64,000 bases of DNA, from the NCBI GenBank assembly GCA_037142555.1, contig JBAXAJ010000004.1, positions 21,738-85,737 of the forward strand, written 5' to 3'. Source of the DNA: Candidatus Shapirobacteria bacterium (GTDB lineage: Bacteria > Patescibacteriota > Microgenomatia > UBA12405). Position numbers and translations under genes: made by a program. The notes under the pieces were generated by a model. That model had not been told where the DNA came from, made no database searches, and saw only the letters and a list, made by a program, of their open reading frames with translations. Positions 47,628 to 56,002 of this stretch are shown piece after piece (the stretch's first letter is position 1; the number at the start of each line of letters is the position of its first letter).

Positions 47628-47700
47628 GGCCATTTAGCTCAGTTGGTAGAGCGCTTCGTTTACATCGAAGATGTCGGGGGTCCGAATCCCTCAGTGGCCA
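47628..47700 (+). tRNA. tRNA-Val(TAC)
   Basis: Anticodon stem cttcg/cgaag, loop ttTACat. Confidence 0.7.
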
Positions 47701-47702
47701 CT

Positions 47703-47784
47703 TTAAAATCTTGCCGATGTGGTGAAATTGGTATACACGTACGCTTGAGGTGCGTATGCCGAAAGGTGTGGGGGTTCAAGTCCC
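47703..47784 (+). tRNA. tRNA-Leu(GAG)
   Basis: Type II tRNA, loop ttGAGgt. Confidence 0.7.
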
Positions 47785-47795
47785 TCCATCGGCAC

Positions 47796-47866
47796 CTAGA
47801 GACTCTACCCCGTCGTCTAATGGTAGGACATCAGCCTTTGGAGCTGAGTATTGAGGTTCGAATCCT
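47796..47866 (+). tRNA. tRNA-Gln(TTG)
   Basis: U1-A72 start (taccccg/cggggta), loop ctTTGga. Confidence 0.6.
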
Positions 47867-47911
47867 TGCGGGGTAACAAAATATTTTGGGTATAGTTTGG
47901 TAAAATTGATT

Positions 47912-48634
47912 ATGAAACTAAAAAATAAAATTGCTTTAGTAACTGGGTCATCAAGAGGAATAGGAAGAGAAGTTGCAATTGAATTAGGAAAAGAAAGTTG
48001 TGAAGTTTTAATTATTGGAAGAGACAAAGAGAAACTTAACGAAACTAAACAAAAGGTTTTGGAAGTTGGTGGTAAATGTGAAATGTTTGTGGTTGATTTA
48101 AGAAACTTAAATGATTTGAAAAAATTTATTGAAGATGTAAAAAATAAATATTCTTCTTTAGATATTCTTTGTAATGTGGCTGGTATTTATCATTCTGATG
48201 ACAAAACTTATTTTGATATTCCATATGAAGAATTTTCTGACGAAGCTATTATTGATTCATTAGAGGTAGGGATTAGAGCCAGTATGTTATTGGCTAAAGC
48301 CTTTATCCCTTTAATGAAAAATGAAGGCCGAATAATAAATACTTCTGGAACTTTTGGTAAAGGTGAAAGAGAAGATGTTTTTGAAAAAGGGTGTATGGCT
48401 GATTTAGTGACTAAAAAAGCGATAGAAATTTTTACTAAACAATTAGCCTATGAATTGGAAGATAAAAATATAACTGTAAATGCAGTTCGTCCTTATTTTG
48501 TCTGGACTGAAAATGTTCAAAAGTTTTTCCCAGAGGCAAAAAATGATGCAGTTTCAGTAAATAAAGTGGCTAGAGTTTACATAGAGCTTATCAAAAGCAA
48601 TAAAACTGGAGAAATTATTGAAGTTAGAAATTAA
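47912..48634 (+). CDS. Short-chain dehydrogenase/reductase (SDR)
   Basis: IALVTGSSRGIGREVA and the YxxxK region. Confidence 0.75.
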   Translation: MKLKNKIALVTGSSRGIGREVAIELGKESCEVLIIGRDKEKLNETKQKVLEVGGKCEMFVVDLRNLNDLKKFIEDVKNKYSSLDILCNVAGIYHSDDKTYFDIPYEEFSDEAIIDSLEVGIRASMLLAKAFIPLMKNEGRIINTSGTFGKGEREDVFEKGCMADLVTKKAIEIFTKQLAYELEDKNITVNAVRPYFVWTENVQKFFPEAKNDAVSVNKVARVYIELIKSNKTGEIIEVRN

Positions 48635-48639
48635 TTAAT

Positions 48640-48661
48640 AGTTCTAAAATCGTTCCACTCT
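48640..48661 (+). repeat. 22-nt direct repeat, copy 1 (agttctaaaatcgttccactct)
   Basis: Identical 22-mer at 49118-49139. Each copy lies between a stop codon and the next start. Confidence 0.6.
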
Positions 48662-48671
48662 AATAACCAAT

Positions 48672-49109
48672 ATGACAAAAGAAAGATTTAAATTAAAAGC
48701 GGCGGTATATTTACTACTTATTAAAGATGGAAAAGTTTTATTATCACGAAGATACAACACTGGTTGGATGGACGGAAAATATAGCCTTATTTCAGGTCAT
48801 TTAGACGGTAATGAATCTGTAAGTACTTCCATGATTCGGGAGGCTTTTGAGGAGGCGAAAATTAAAATCAAAAAAGAAGACTTAATTCCAGCAACAGTTG
48901 TTCATAACAATTCAGATCAAGAATATATAAATTTTTTCTTTGTGGCTAATAAATGGGATGGTGAAATAATTATTGGAGAACCTGATAAATGTGATGAATT
49001 GAAATGGTTTCCTTTAGATAATTTACCAGATGATTTATTACCTTTTATTAAAGATGCAATTGAAAATTATAAAAATAAAATTGCGTTTTTTGAAAGCGGT
49101 TGGAATTAA
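48672..49109 (+). CDS. NUDIX hydrolase
   Basis: Nudix box GHLDGNESVSTSMIREAFEEAKI. Confidence 0.7.
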   Translation: MTKERFKLKAAVYLLLIKDGKVLLSRRYNTGWMDGKYSLISGHLDGNESVSTSMIREAFEEAKIKIKKEDLIPATVVHNNSDQEYINFFFVANKWDGEIIIGEPDKCDELKWFPLDNLPDDLLPFIKDAIENYKNKIAFFESGWN

Positions 49110-49117
49110 TTTAAAAA

Positions 49118-49139
49118 AGTTCTAAAATCGTTCCACTCT
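49118..49139 (+). repeat. 22-nt direct repeat, copy 2
   Basis: See copy 1. Confidence 0.6.
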
Positions 49140-49169
49140 GACAACAAAATAAGCGTAGTTTTTGATAAA

Positions 49170-49784
49170 ATGTTTATAAATATGACACAACAAATTCTTT
49201 TTATCAGAGGTGGAGATACCTTTGAAAGTTATAATGACTACATTTCCTATTTAAAAAATAAAAAAGTTAATTTAGAGAAATTAAAAGTAAGAAAAGATTG
49301 GAAACATAAACTGCAAATTAATTTAGGTGAAGGTTTCGAGGTGTTTTTACCAGAAATGCCAAATAGGGCTAACGCTCGATATGAAGAATGGAAAATTTGG
49401 TTTGAGAAAATAATTCCTTTATTAGATGAGAATTTGATTCTAGCTGGAAGTTCGTTAGGAGGAATTTTTTTAGCAAAATATTTGTCTGAAAATAAAATTA
49501 ATAAAAAAATTAAAGCAGTAATATTAGTTGCAGCTCCTTTTGATGGTTCTACTAATGAAGAGTCTTTGGTGTATTTTAAATTGCCAGATTCCCTTTCTAA
49601 ATTTGCTGAACAATGCGAAAATGTTTATTTAATTCAAAGTCGGGATGATGAGTTAGTTTTGTTTGAAGAAGTTGAAAAATATAAAAAAGAATTACCAAAT
49701 GCAAAACTGGTTACTTTTGAAGATAGAGGTCATTTTAATCAAGAAGATTTTCCAGAAATTGTTGATTTAATTAAAAAAATCTAA
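49170..49784 (+). CDS. Alpha/beta-hydrolase (YdeN/RBBP9-like serine hydrolase)
   Basis: GSSLGG nucleophile elbow, ~200 aa. Confidence 0.55.
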   Translation: MFINMTQQILFIRGGDTFESYNDYISYLKNKKVNLEKLKVRKDWKHKLQINLGEGFEVFLPEMPNRANARYEEWKIWFEKIIPLLDENLILAGSSLGGIFLAKYLSENKINKKIKAVILVAAPFDGSTNEESLVYFKLPDSLSKFAEQCENVYLIQSRDDELVLFEEVEKYKKELPNAKLVTFEDRGHFNQEDFPEIVDLIKKI

Positions 49785-49985
49785 TTATTTTTTAATTGGT
49801 GAAGAGGTGGCGGTGGCGGACGGAGAAGCAATAGTTTGAGTTGGGAGAATTAATGGTTGAGCTTCTAATCTTTGTAAGACGGTCCAATCAATGCTTCTAT
49901 AGGAGATGTAACCAGCGATGATTAAAAGTAGAAGAAGTGAAGTAATCAAAATATTACCAGTTAAATTAGAATTTTTATTTTCCAT
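49785..49985 (-). CDS. Small membrane protein, uncertain
   Basis: One TM helix (ILITSLLLLLIIAGYISY). It is in tandem downstream of the SBP-like gene. Confidence 0.3.
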   Translation of the reverse strand: MENKNSNLTGNILITSLLLLLIIAGYISYRSIDWTVLQRLEAQPLILPTQTIASPSATATSSPIKK

Positions 49986-49988
49986 ATT

Positions 49989-51323
49989 TTATTTTATACG
50001 ACTAATAGTGAAAGTTGTAGGGTATGACAAAAATATCACTGGAGATTCTTCCAGAAGGAATTTTTGGAAATCTTGATAGATAGTTTTTCTTTCTTGTTGG
50101 TCAAAAGCTTGTCGGCCATCTTCCAGAAGTTTATCTATTCTAGAATTATTAAATTTGGTTATATTGGTGTTTATTTGAGTTGAATGCCAAAAGACATATT
50201 GATCAGGGTCATGTGGGATTGAACCATAAGAAAGAATGGTGTCAAAATTATTTAAATCAATTTGGTTTTCAATAGTGATTGTGGTTTCAACTCCTAAAAT
50301 TGATTTCCAAGCGTTTTTGATTTCTTCAGCTGTTGATAATAGGTTTCGATCAGTGACAGCAATACTTATTTTTTCAATTTTGTTTTTATCAAAAAGTTCT
50401 TTGGCTCGAGATGGGTTATAATTGTAATCTTTTACAGTTCCATTATATGCCCAAGATAGGGGTGAAATTGGACTAATACATCGTTCATTTTTGTCGTTTG
50501 TTTTTGGAGTGGCATAGGCCAAGGCTTGTCTCAATTGTTTATTTTCAATTTTTTTGGTATTAAAGAAAATGGCTGAATATTTTTTATCAACCACAATTTC
50601 TTGAGTTATCTTTGTGTTGTTCCACTTAGTCAATTCTGGAGCTAGCGAATCAACTTGGATTTCATCAACAGTGCCAATTTTGTAAGCATCATTTAAATCT
50701 TTGGCGTTAGAATAAAAACGATAGGTCAAACTCACTTTGTTTTTATCCATAGGAGTCAGCTTAAGAGCTTTAATGTAGCCTTCTTGGTAGGTAATGGATT
50801 GGATTTTATAATCCCCTAGCCCAATTAGTGGTTTTTTGAAAAGTGGTTTTGTCAAAGTGGTCAAAAGAGGAACGAAAGAATTTTTGACAGATACTTTGAT
50901 GGTGTTATTAGACATTGGAGTCACAGTTATGCCTTCAATTTGATAGTTAATGTCATTGGTAGTTAATTTTTTGCCATTTTGCCAATAGAGATTTTGATTA
51001 AGAGTAAAAATATAATCGAGATTATTATTTTCAATTTGGAGTGATTTAACTATTGGTGATATTTCTGGTTTATCGTCATTTGAATTTATGGTTAGACCAT
51101 AGCTGATTTTAGAAATTATTCCTTCTGGGATATTATCAACAGTGTAGAGACCTTGAATTCCAATTATTTTAGTTTGGAATTTTGGGCTATTAACGAAATT
51201 TAAGATTTGAGCTCTGAAGGTGAATATTAGGGCTCCTAAAATACATCCCACTAAGATGTATAGAAATTTACTTTTGATGTGGGAGATTAAAAATTCAATT
51301 CTGAATTGAAGTTTAGTAATCAA
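49989..51323 (-). CDS. Membrane-anchored solute-binding-protein-like (SBP family 5-like) protein
   Basis: N-terminal TM. LRQALAYA motif typical of family 5 SBPs. No ABC permease or ATPase nearby. Confidence 0.4.
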   Translation of the reverse strand: MITKLQFRIEFLISHIKSKFLYILVGCILGALIFTFRAQILNFVNSPKFQTKIIGIQGLYTVDNIPEGIISKISYGLTINSNDDKPEISPIVKSLQIENNNLDYIFTLNQNLYWQNGKKLTTNDINYQIEGITVTPMSNNTIKVSVKNSFVPLLTTLTKPLFKKPLIGLGDYKIQSITYQEGYIKALKLTPMDKNKVSLTYRFYSNAKDLNDAYKIGTVDEIQVDSLAPELTKWNNTKITQEIVVDKKYSAIFFNTKKIENKQLRQALAYATPKTNDKNERCISPISPLSWAYNGTVKDYNYNPSRAKELFDKNKIEKISIAVTDRNLLSTAEEIKNAWKSILGVETTITIENQIDLNNFDTILSYGSIPHDPDQYVFWHSTQINTNITKFNNSRIDKLLEDGRQAFDQQERKTIYQDFQKFLLEESPVIFLSYPTTFTISRIK

Positions 51324-51327
51324 GGTT

Positions 51328-51540
51328 TTATATTAAAGTTTGAATAATTGAAGATAATAAAAAGAGAATCAAAACAAAAACAGTAAAATTGAACATGACT
51401 TTTTCCCAACCGCGTTTTTCAGAACTGACAGCCGACATGATGTTTGATCTGGAATCAGTGTCACCACTTGATTGAAGATAAATCAGAACAGTTACTAGAA
51501 TCGAAAGTATTATTTGGACAATTATTAGTGCAGTTTTCAT
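51328..51540 (-). CDS. secG: Preprotein translocase subunit SecG
   Basis: MKTALIIVQIILSILVTVLIYLQSSGDTD..., two TM helices, ~70 aa. Confidence 0.65.
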   Translation of the reverse strand: MKTALIIVQIILSILVTVLIYLQSSGDTDSRSNIMSAVSSEKRGWEKVMFNFTVFVLILFLLSSIIQTLI

Positions 51541-51956
51541 TTTTTAATTTCTTTTTTAACTAAAATAAGATTATAAATGTATATCAAAAAACTGATAGTA
51601 ATGGAAGAAACAAAAAAAGCGAAGATGCCGTTAAATTCAAATTTAGGGATTTGAAAACCTTGCCATGAACTGCTGGCCATGAAGATATTATTAATTTTGA
51701 AATCACTTAAAATAAAAGTGGCTAAATAGAGACCAAGGGTGTCGATTACAGATCTGATTAGACCTAAGGTTAGGATGTTTATTGGAATGAGAATGAATCT
51801 AATGATTGGTTTTAAAAGGAGTTCAAAAATGGCTAAAATGATGGCAACTTTGATTATAGTTAGAGGGACAAAACTGAAACTTAGATTGTGCCAAATTTGG
51901 TTTTCGGTTGCTAGAGCAAATGTGAATAATAAAGCGAATTTTAAGAATTTTTTCAT
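51537..51956 (-). CDS. DUF360/YvlD-like (holin-4-like) membrane protein
   Basis: LLKPIIRFILIPINILTLGLIRSVIDTLGLYLATFIL matches the YvlD-family pattern. Confidence 0.5.
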   Translation of the reverse strand: MKKFLKFALLFTFALATENQIWHNLSFSFVPLTIIKVAIILAIFELLLKPIIRFILIPINILTLGLIRSVIDTLGLYLATFILSDFKINNIFMASSSWQGFQIPKFEFNGIFAFFVSSITISFLIYIYNLILVKKEIKK

Positions 51957-53734
51957 TTTTTTGATTTTCTATTGACTAATAATATTATAGCGCCAATTAT
52001 TAAAATAGTGATGCCTGAACCTATGCTGATTAATAAATTAAGGTAATGATTTGGATAAGCTATTGAATAAGTTGAAGGAGTTTGGTTGTTATTAGCTTTA
52101 ATTTCAAAAGTTAGCTTTTGATTCTTTGGAGACAGTGACTGGAAGAAATTAAGATTTGGAACTTTTATTTTTACTGAAGTGAAAGGAGGAATGATTTCTA
52201 TTTTTTCTTGCCAATTGTTTTTAGACATAGAAATAGTGATGTTGTTTAGAGAATTAGAATTAGGATTTGTAATGATTATTTGAGGGTTTTCATTGAAATT
52301 AGTTTTGTTAGAACTTATTTGGACTGGGAAATTAGTTTCTTTAATTTCTTGAGTGGCAAAATCGACAAAAACTGTTTTTATATTACGATTATTTTTGTAA
52401 GCGCCAGGAGGTGGTGGGTATTCGCTATTTTGGCCATGAATCACGAAAGCAAAATGATTTAAATCTAGATCATTAAAAAAGTCGATGCCGTTGGTAGTCT
52501 TACCCCAAGTTGGATCGATAGAAATCCATTTTTGAGAGGTGGAATCATAATATTGAGGCCAAGCATGAAGGATGTCGGCATTTACATTGGTTGGTTTTAT
52601 TTTTGGGTTGTTGGTGTAGGCAAAACCTTCAACTTCTCTGGCGGGGATGCCTTTACTTCGGGCTAGAGTCACAAAGAGATCGGTGAACTCGGTACAAAGA
52701 GATGCTTGCGGATTAAGTAAAGCTTCAAAAGCGCCTTTTCTTTGGGCAGAATTTAGACCAGAATAGTCATAACTGAGAGTGTTGACGACATAATCATAAA
52801 TATCTTTTGGAGTTTTTAGAGTTTTAGTTATTTCATCTATGGTCTGGTCGGAAACTGGCCAATATTTTTGAGCTTGGGTAAGAGATGAAGTATCTATTTT
52901 TTGAGCTTTAGAAATTGAACTTATTATTTTAGCTTGGCCAGCGACAGAAATTTCTAGGCTTTGTTTGGCTTGAAGTTGATATTGAGCTAACCAATTTCCA
53001 TCTTTATCAACTTTTATTTCCGAAGGTTTTGGTTCAATACTTTTTAAAATAATTTTTTGATTGTCAGTTTCTGGAGGCAGAGCAATTTCAGTATTCAAAA
53101 TTTTTGAACTTGGATTGTCGAGAAAATATTTGAAAGAAAAATCAAAGATTTGGTAGTTTCCAAAAGCAATTAGAATTTTTTTATTTTTTATATTGGCACT
53201 GTTAAATTGAAGATGAGTTTGTTTGTCTAGAGAATAACTATTTTGAGGAGTGATTGAAGAAAAGGATAGAGTTCCGAAAGTGTCGGGAACATTTAGATTG
53301 ATCAAAACATTGTCGGTGTCATTAATGTTTTTATATTCAGGGAGAGAGATTTCCCAAACACTGCCTTTATGAACAGCTAGTCTTGGGATTTCATAATTTA
53401 ACTTAAAATCGGTCTTTTTGTTTTTACCAAGATTATTTTGGTTAAATTTTAGAAATAAGGAAGTGGTGTCATCGAGTTTGGTGCTTTTTTGAAGAATGTT
53501 GCCAAGTTCATCGCTGGCTTTTATGTTTTGCATGCTTGGTCCAGAAATGCTGATTTGATATTCTTTTGGATAAATTTCGGAATAGTTATTAGTTAGTTCA
53601 ATATCTTGGCTGATTGTGGCGTCACCATTTTGATTAAGATTGTAAGTTATGTTTTGGACTGAGTTAAATTCCCCCACTGCTAAGGCTGATTTTGGCAACA
53701 GTAATGAAAAGAATAAGAAAATAAAGATAAACAT
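51953..53734 (-). CDS. Transglutaminase-like domain protein, secreted with a C-terminal TM anchor
   Basis: Signal peptide. Transglutaminase core LCTEFTDLFVTLARSKGIPAREVEGFAY...HAW. C-terminal hydrophobic segment plus KSKK. Confidence 0.55.
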   Translation of the reverse strand: MFIFIFLFFSLLLPKSALAVGEFNSVQNITYNLNQNGDATISQDIELTNNYSEIYPKEYQISISGPSMQNIKASDELGNILQKSTKLDDTTSLFLKFNQNNLGKNKKTDFKLNYEIPRLAVHKGSVWEISLPEYKNINDTDNVLINLNVPDTFGTLSFSSITPQNSYSLDKQTHLQFNSANIKNKKILIAFGNYQIFDFSFKYFLDNPSSKILNTEIALPPETDNQKIILKSIEPKPSEIKVDKDGNWLAQYQLQAKQSLEISVAGQAKIISSISKAQKIDTSSLTQAQKYWPVSDQTIDEITKTLKTPKDIYDYVVNTLSYDYSGLNSAQRKGAFEALLNPQASLCTEFTDLFVTLARSKGIPAREVEGFAYTNNPKIKPTNVNADILHAWPQYYDSTSQKWISIDPTWGKTTNGIDFFNDLDLNHFAFVIHGQNSEYPPPPGAYKNNRNIKTVFVDFATQEIKETNFPVQISSNKTNFNENPQIIITNPNSNSLNNITISMSKNNWQEKIEIIPPFTSVKIKVPNLNFFQSLSPKNQKLTFEIKANNNQTPSTYSIAYPNHYLNLLISIGSGITILIIGAIILLVNRKSKK

Positions 53735-53843
53735 AGACCTGTCTTAATATAACATTTCTAGGTTCCAAATTTTTGGCAAAAAAAATACCTCCAAATTTGT
53801 TGTTACACAAACCTCTCGGTATTTAGTTGTAAAGCAATAAAAA

Positions 53844-54467
53844 TCAGGAATTTTCTTTTAAATTATCATCGAATTCTTGCTGGGAGCAGCGGCATAGTTT
53901 AACTATAGCTAGTTCATCTTTTGTGTCAATAATAATTGATTTTTTTGAAAAAATAATATCATTGTCTTCAGTCACAGTAAGATATACCCTTCTGGTTGGA
54001 TTTTCAGTTATTATAAAGAAAAACGTACCGGGTGTTACGATTGTGATGTCTTTTAAATACAATCTTTTTCCTGATAGTTCTTTTTCGGGTTTAATTGATT
54101 CCAGAGAGACAAAATAGAAAGGTTTTTGGATAAATTCCTCTATTCTAGCTACTACCCAGTTGACTAAATTTGGGGTCAGTTCTATTATTTCGTCTTTCCA
54201 AAAATAATCATCCAACTCTTCGAAATTGAGATCTCCTAACGTTAATAGCTGAGAGTAACTGGTATTAATAGTTATCTCTTGACTCAAAATTGAAACATGA
54301 CAATCTCTTATTAGCGTTTCTTCTTCGTGTTCACATTCCATACGTTTGAGTTCTTCAAAAATAAAATCACAAATATCCTTTCCTGTTATTGTCGTGTCCT
54401 TGGTGCTTGAGTTTACTATAGCTGTCATTTTTTCTCCCCAGCTAAAGCTAACGCTTAAACCTTTCAT
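53844..54467 (-). CDS. Hypothetical protein divergent from lexA
   Basis: 207-aa acidic soluble protein with no recognisable motif. Confidence 0.4.
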   Translation of the reverse strand: MKGLSVSFSWGEKMTAIVNSSTKDTTITGKDICDFIFEELKRMECEHEEETLIRDCHVSILSQEITINTSYSQLLTLGDLNFEELDDYFWKDEIIELTPNLVNWVVARIEEFIQKPFYFVSLESIKPEKELSGKRLYLKDITIVTPGTFFFIITENPTRRVYLTVTEDNDIIFSKKSIIIDTKDELAIVKLCRCSQQEFDDNLKENS

Positions 54468-54494
54468 TAAAATTCCTTCTTTCGATTTTTATTT

Positions 54495-54512
54495 ATATTG
54501 CTTTTGCAATAT
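54495..54512. promoter_or_regulatory. Palindrome atattgc-tttt-gcaatat (candidate operator)
   Basis: 7-bp inverted arms 28 bp upstream of the 53844..54467 start, in the lexA divergent region. Confidence 0.3.
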
Positions 54513-54734
54513 ATTTCTTAAGACCAAAATTTGATCTGCAAAAATATACTGCAAAGAATATAATTTGAGTTTTTATTGCTTTTAAAGAGCTATTTATTTT
54601 GGAATCAGCAATTGATTTTAAATAAATATTGTCCGATTATAGAGCTAATATATGTTTTTGTCAAACTATAGGATACTTTAATTATGAACAATTTGCATTA
54701 TTGACTTCGTGTTTTATTCGCGTATCATCTTTAT

Positions 54735-55361
54735 ATGGCAACAATTATTTATAAGAGACAAAAACAGATTCTAGATTATATTTCGGAAAACATTGAGAAA
54801 TATGGTTATGCTCCAACTTTAACTGAGATTGCTTCTCATTTTAAATTATCTTCACTATCAACAGTTCACGAACATTTGGCAGTACTAGAAAAAAAAGGGA
54901 TGATTCGAAGATATCGCGGTGCGGTTCGAGGAATCGAAGTTTTAGACAATGATAATTTATCAGCATACAAAAATATGTCGATGATTGAATTGCCAGTGAT
55001 GGGTTTCATTGCTTGTGGAGCTCCAATTGAACCTTACAATGATCCAAATGCCACTTTAGCGGTTAATTCAAATTTAATTAAAGCTGGAGACAAGTCTTAT
55101 GTGCTCCAGGCTAAGGGTGATTCGATGATTGATGATGGAATTTTAAATGGTGATTATGTAGTAGTTAAAGAACAACGGAATGCTATTAATGGAGATATCG
55201 TTGTTGCAGTTTTGAGTAATGGTTTTGCAACTTTAAAAAGATATTATCGAGAAGCTTCTCGAATCAGACTTCAACCAGCTAATTCAACCATGTCCCCTAT
55301 TTATGTGACAAATGTGGAAATTCGAGGTAAAGTAGTGGCAATTATTAGACAATTTAATTAA
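54735..55361 (+). CDS. lexA: LexA repressor
   Basis: N-terminal wHTH (YAPTLTEIASHFKLSSLSTVHEHLAVLEKKGMI) and an S24 peptidase domain with AKGDSMIDDGI (Ser) and TLKRY (Lys). Confidence 0.8.
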   Translation: MATIIYKRQKQILDYISENIEKYGYAPTLTEIASHFKLSSLSTVHEHLAVLEKKGMIRRYRGAVRGIEVLDNDNLSAYKNMSMIELPVMGFIACGAPIEPYNDPNATLAVNSNLIKAGDKSYVLQAKGDSMIDDGILNGDYVVVKEQRNAINGDIVVAVLSNGFATLKRYYREASRIRLQPANSTMSPIYVTNVEIRGKVVAIIRQFN

Positions 55362-55366
55362 GAAAA

Positions 55367-56002
55367 ATGTTGTATATAATTTCAACTCCAATCGGGAACT
55401 TGGGAGATATTAGTTTAAGAGCCCTAGAGACTTTGGAAAAAGTTAGTATTTTATTGTGTGAAGACACTAGAAATACTGGTTTGCTTTTGGCGAAATTAGG
55501 AATTAAAAATAAGCCAAAATTAATTTCTTTTTATGATGAAGTTGAAGAACAAAAAATTCCAGAAATAATTAGATTATTGGAAAGTGGTAATCAGGTAGCT
55601 TTAGTGACTGACGCTGGGACCCCAATCATTTCTGATCCTGGTTTTAAATTAATTAAAAAATGCCGTGATTTAGGGATTCCTTACACAGCTTTGCCTGGTG
55701 CTTGCGCTCTAATTAATGCTTTGGTTTTGTCAGGATTACCAGCTGGAAGATTTATGTTTCTAGGATTTTTGCCAAAGAAAGATGGAGAAAGATTGAAATT
55801 ATTAGAAAAATATAAAGAATTTGATGGAAGTAAAATTATTTACGAATCCCCTTTTAGAACTAAAAAACTGGAAGAACAGATTAAACAGGTTTATGGAGAA
55901 AATACTCAAATTGCAATAATTAGAGAAATGACGAAGAAGTTTGAGGAAATATTGCCAAAGGTTGATAAAGAAATTAAAGGCGAAGTGGTAGTTATTTTTT
56001 AA
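55367..56002 (+). CDS. rsmI: 16S rRNA 2'-O-methyltransferase RsmI (tetrapyrrole methylase fold), short
   Basis: MLYIISTPIGNLGDISLRALETLEKVSILLCEDTRNTGLLL. Confidence 0.65.
   Translation: MLYIISTPIGNLGDISLRALETLEKVSILLCEDTRNTGLLLAKLGIKNKPKLISFYDEVEEQKIPEIIRLLESGNQVALVTDAGTPIISDPGFKLIKKCRDLGIPYTALPGACALINALVLSGLPAGRFMFLGFLPKKDGERLKLLEKYKEFDGSKIIYESPFRTKKLEEQIKQVYGENTQIAIIREMTKKFEEILPKVDKEIKGEVVVIF

Noticed and set aside
47565-48027. ORFs 47565..47876 (+) and 47776..48027 (-)
   Set aside because: They overlap the Phe/Gly/Val/Leu/Gln tRNA cluster. They are open only because tRNA genes are G+C-rich.
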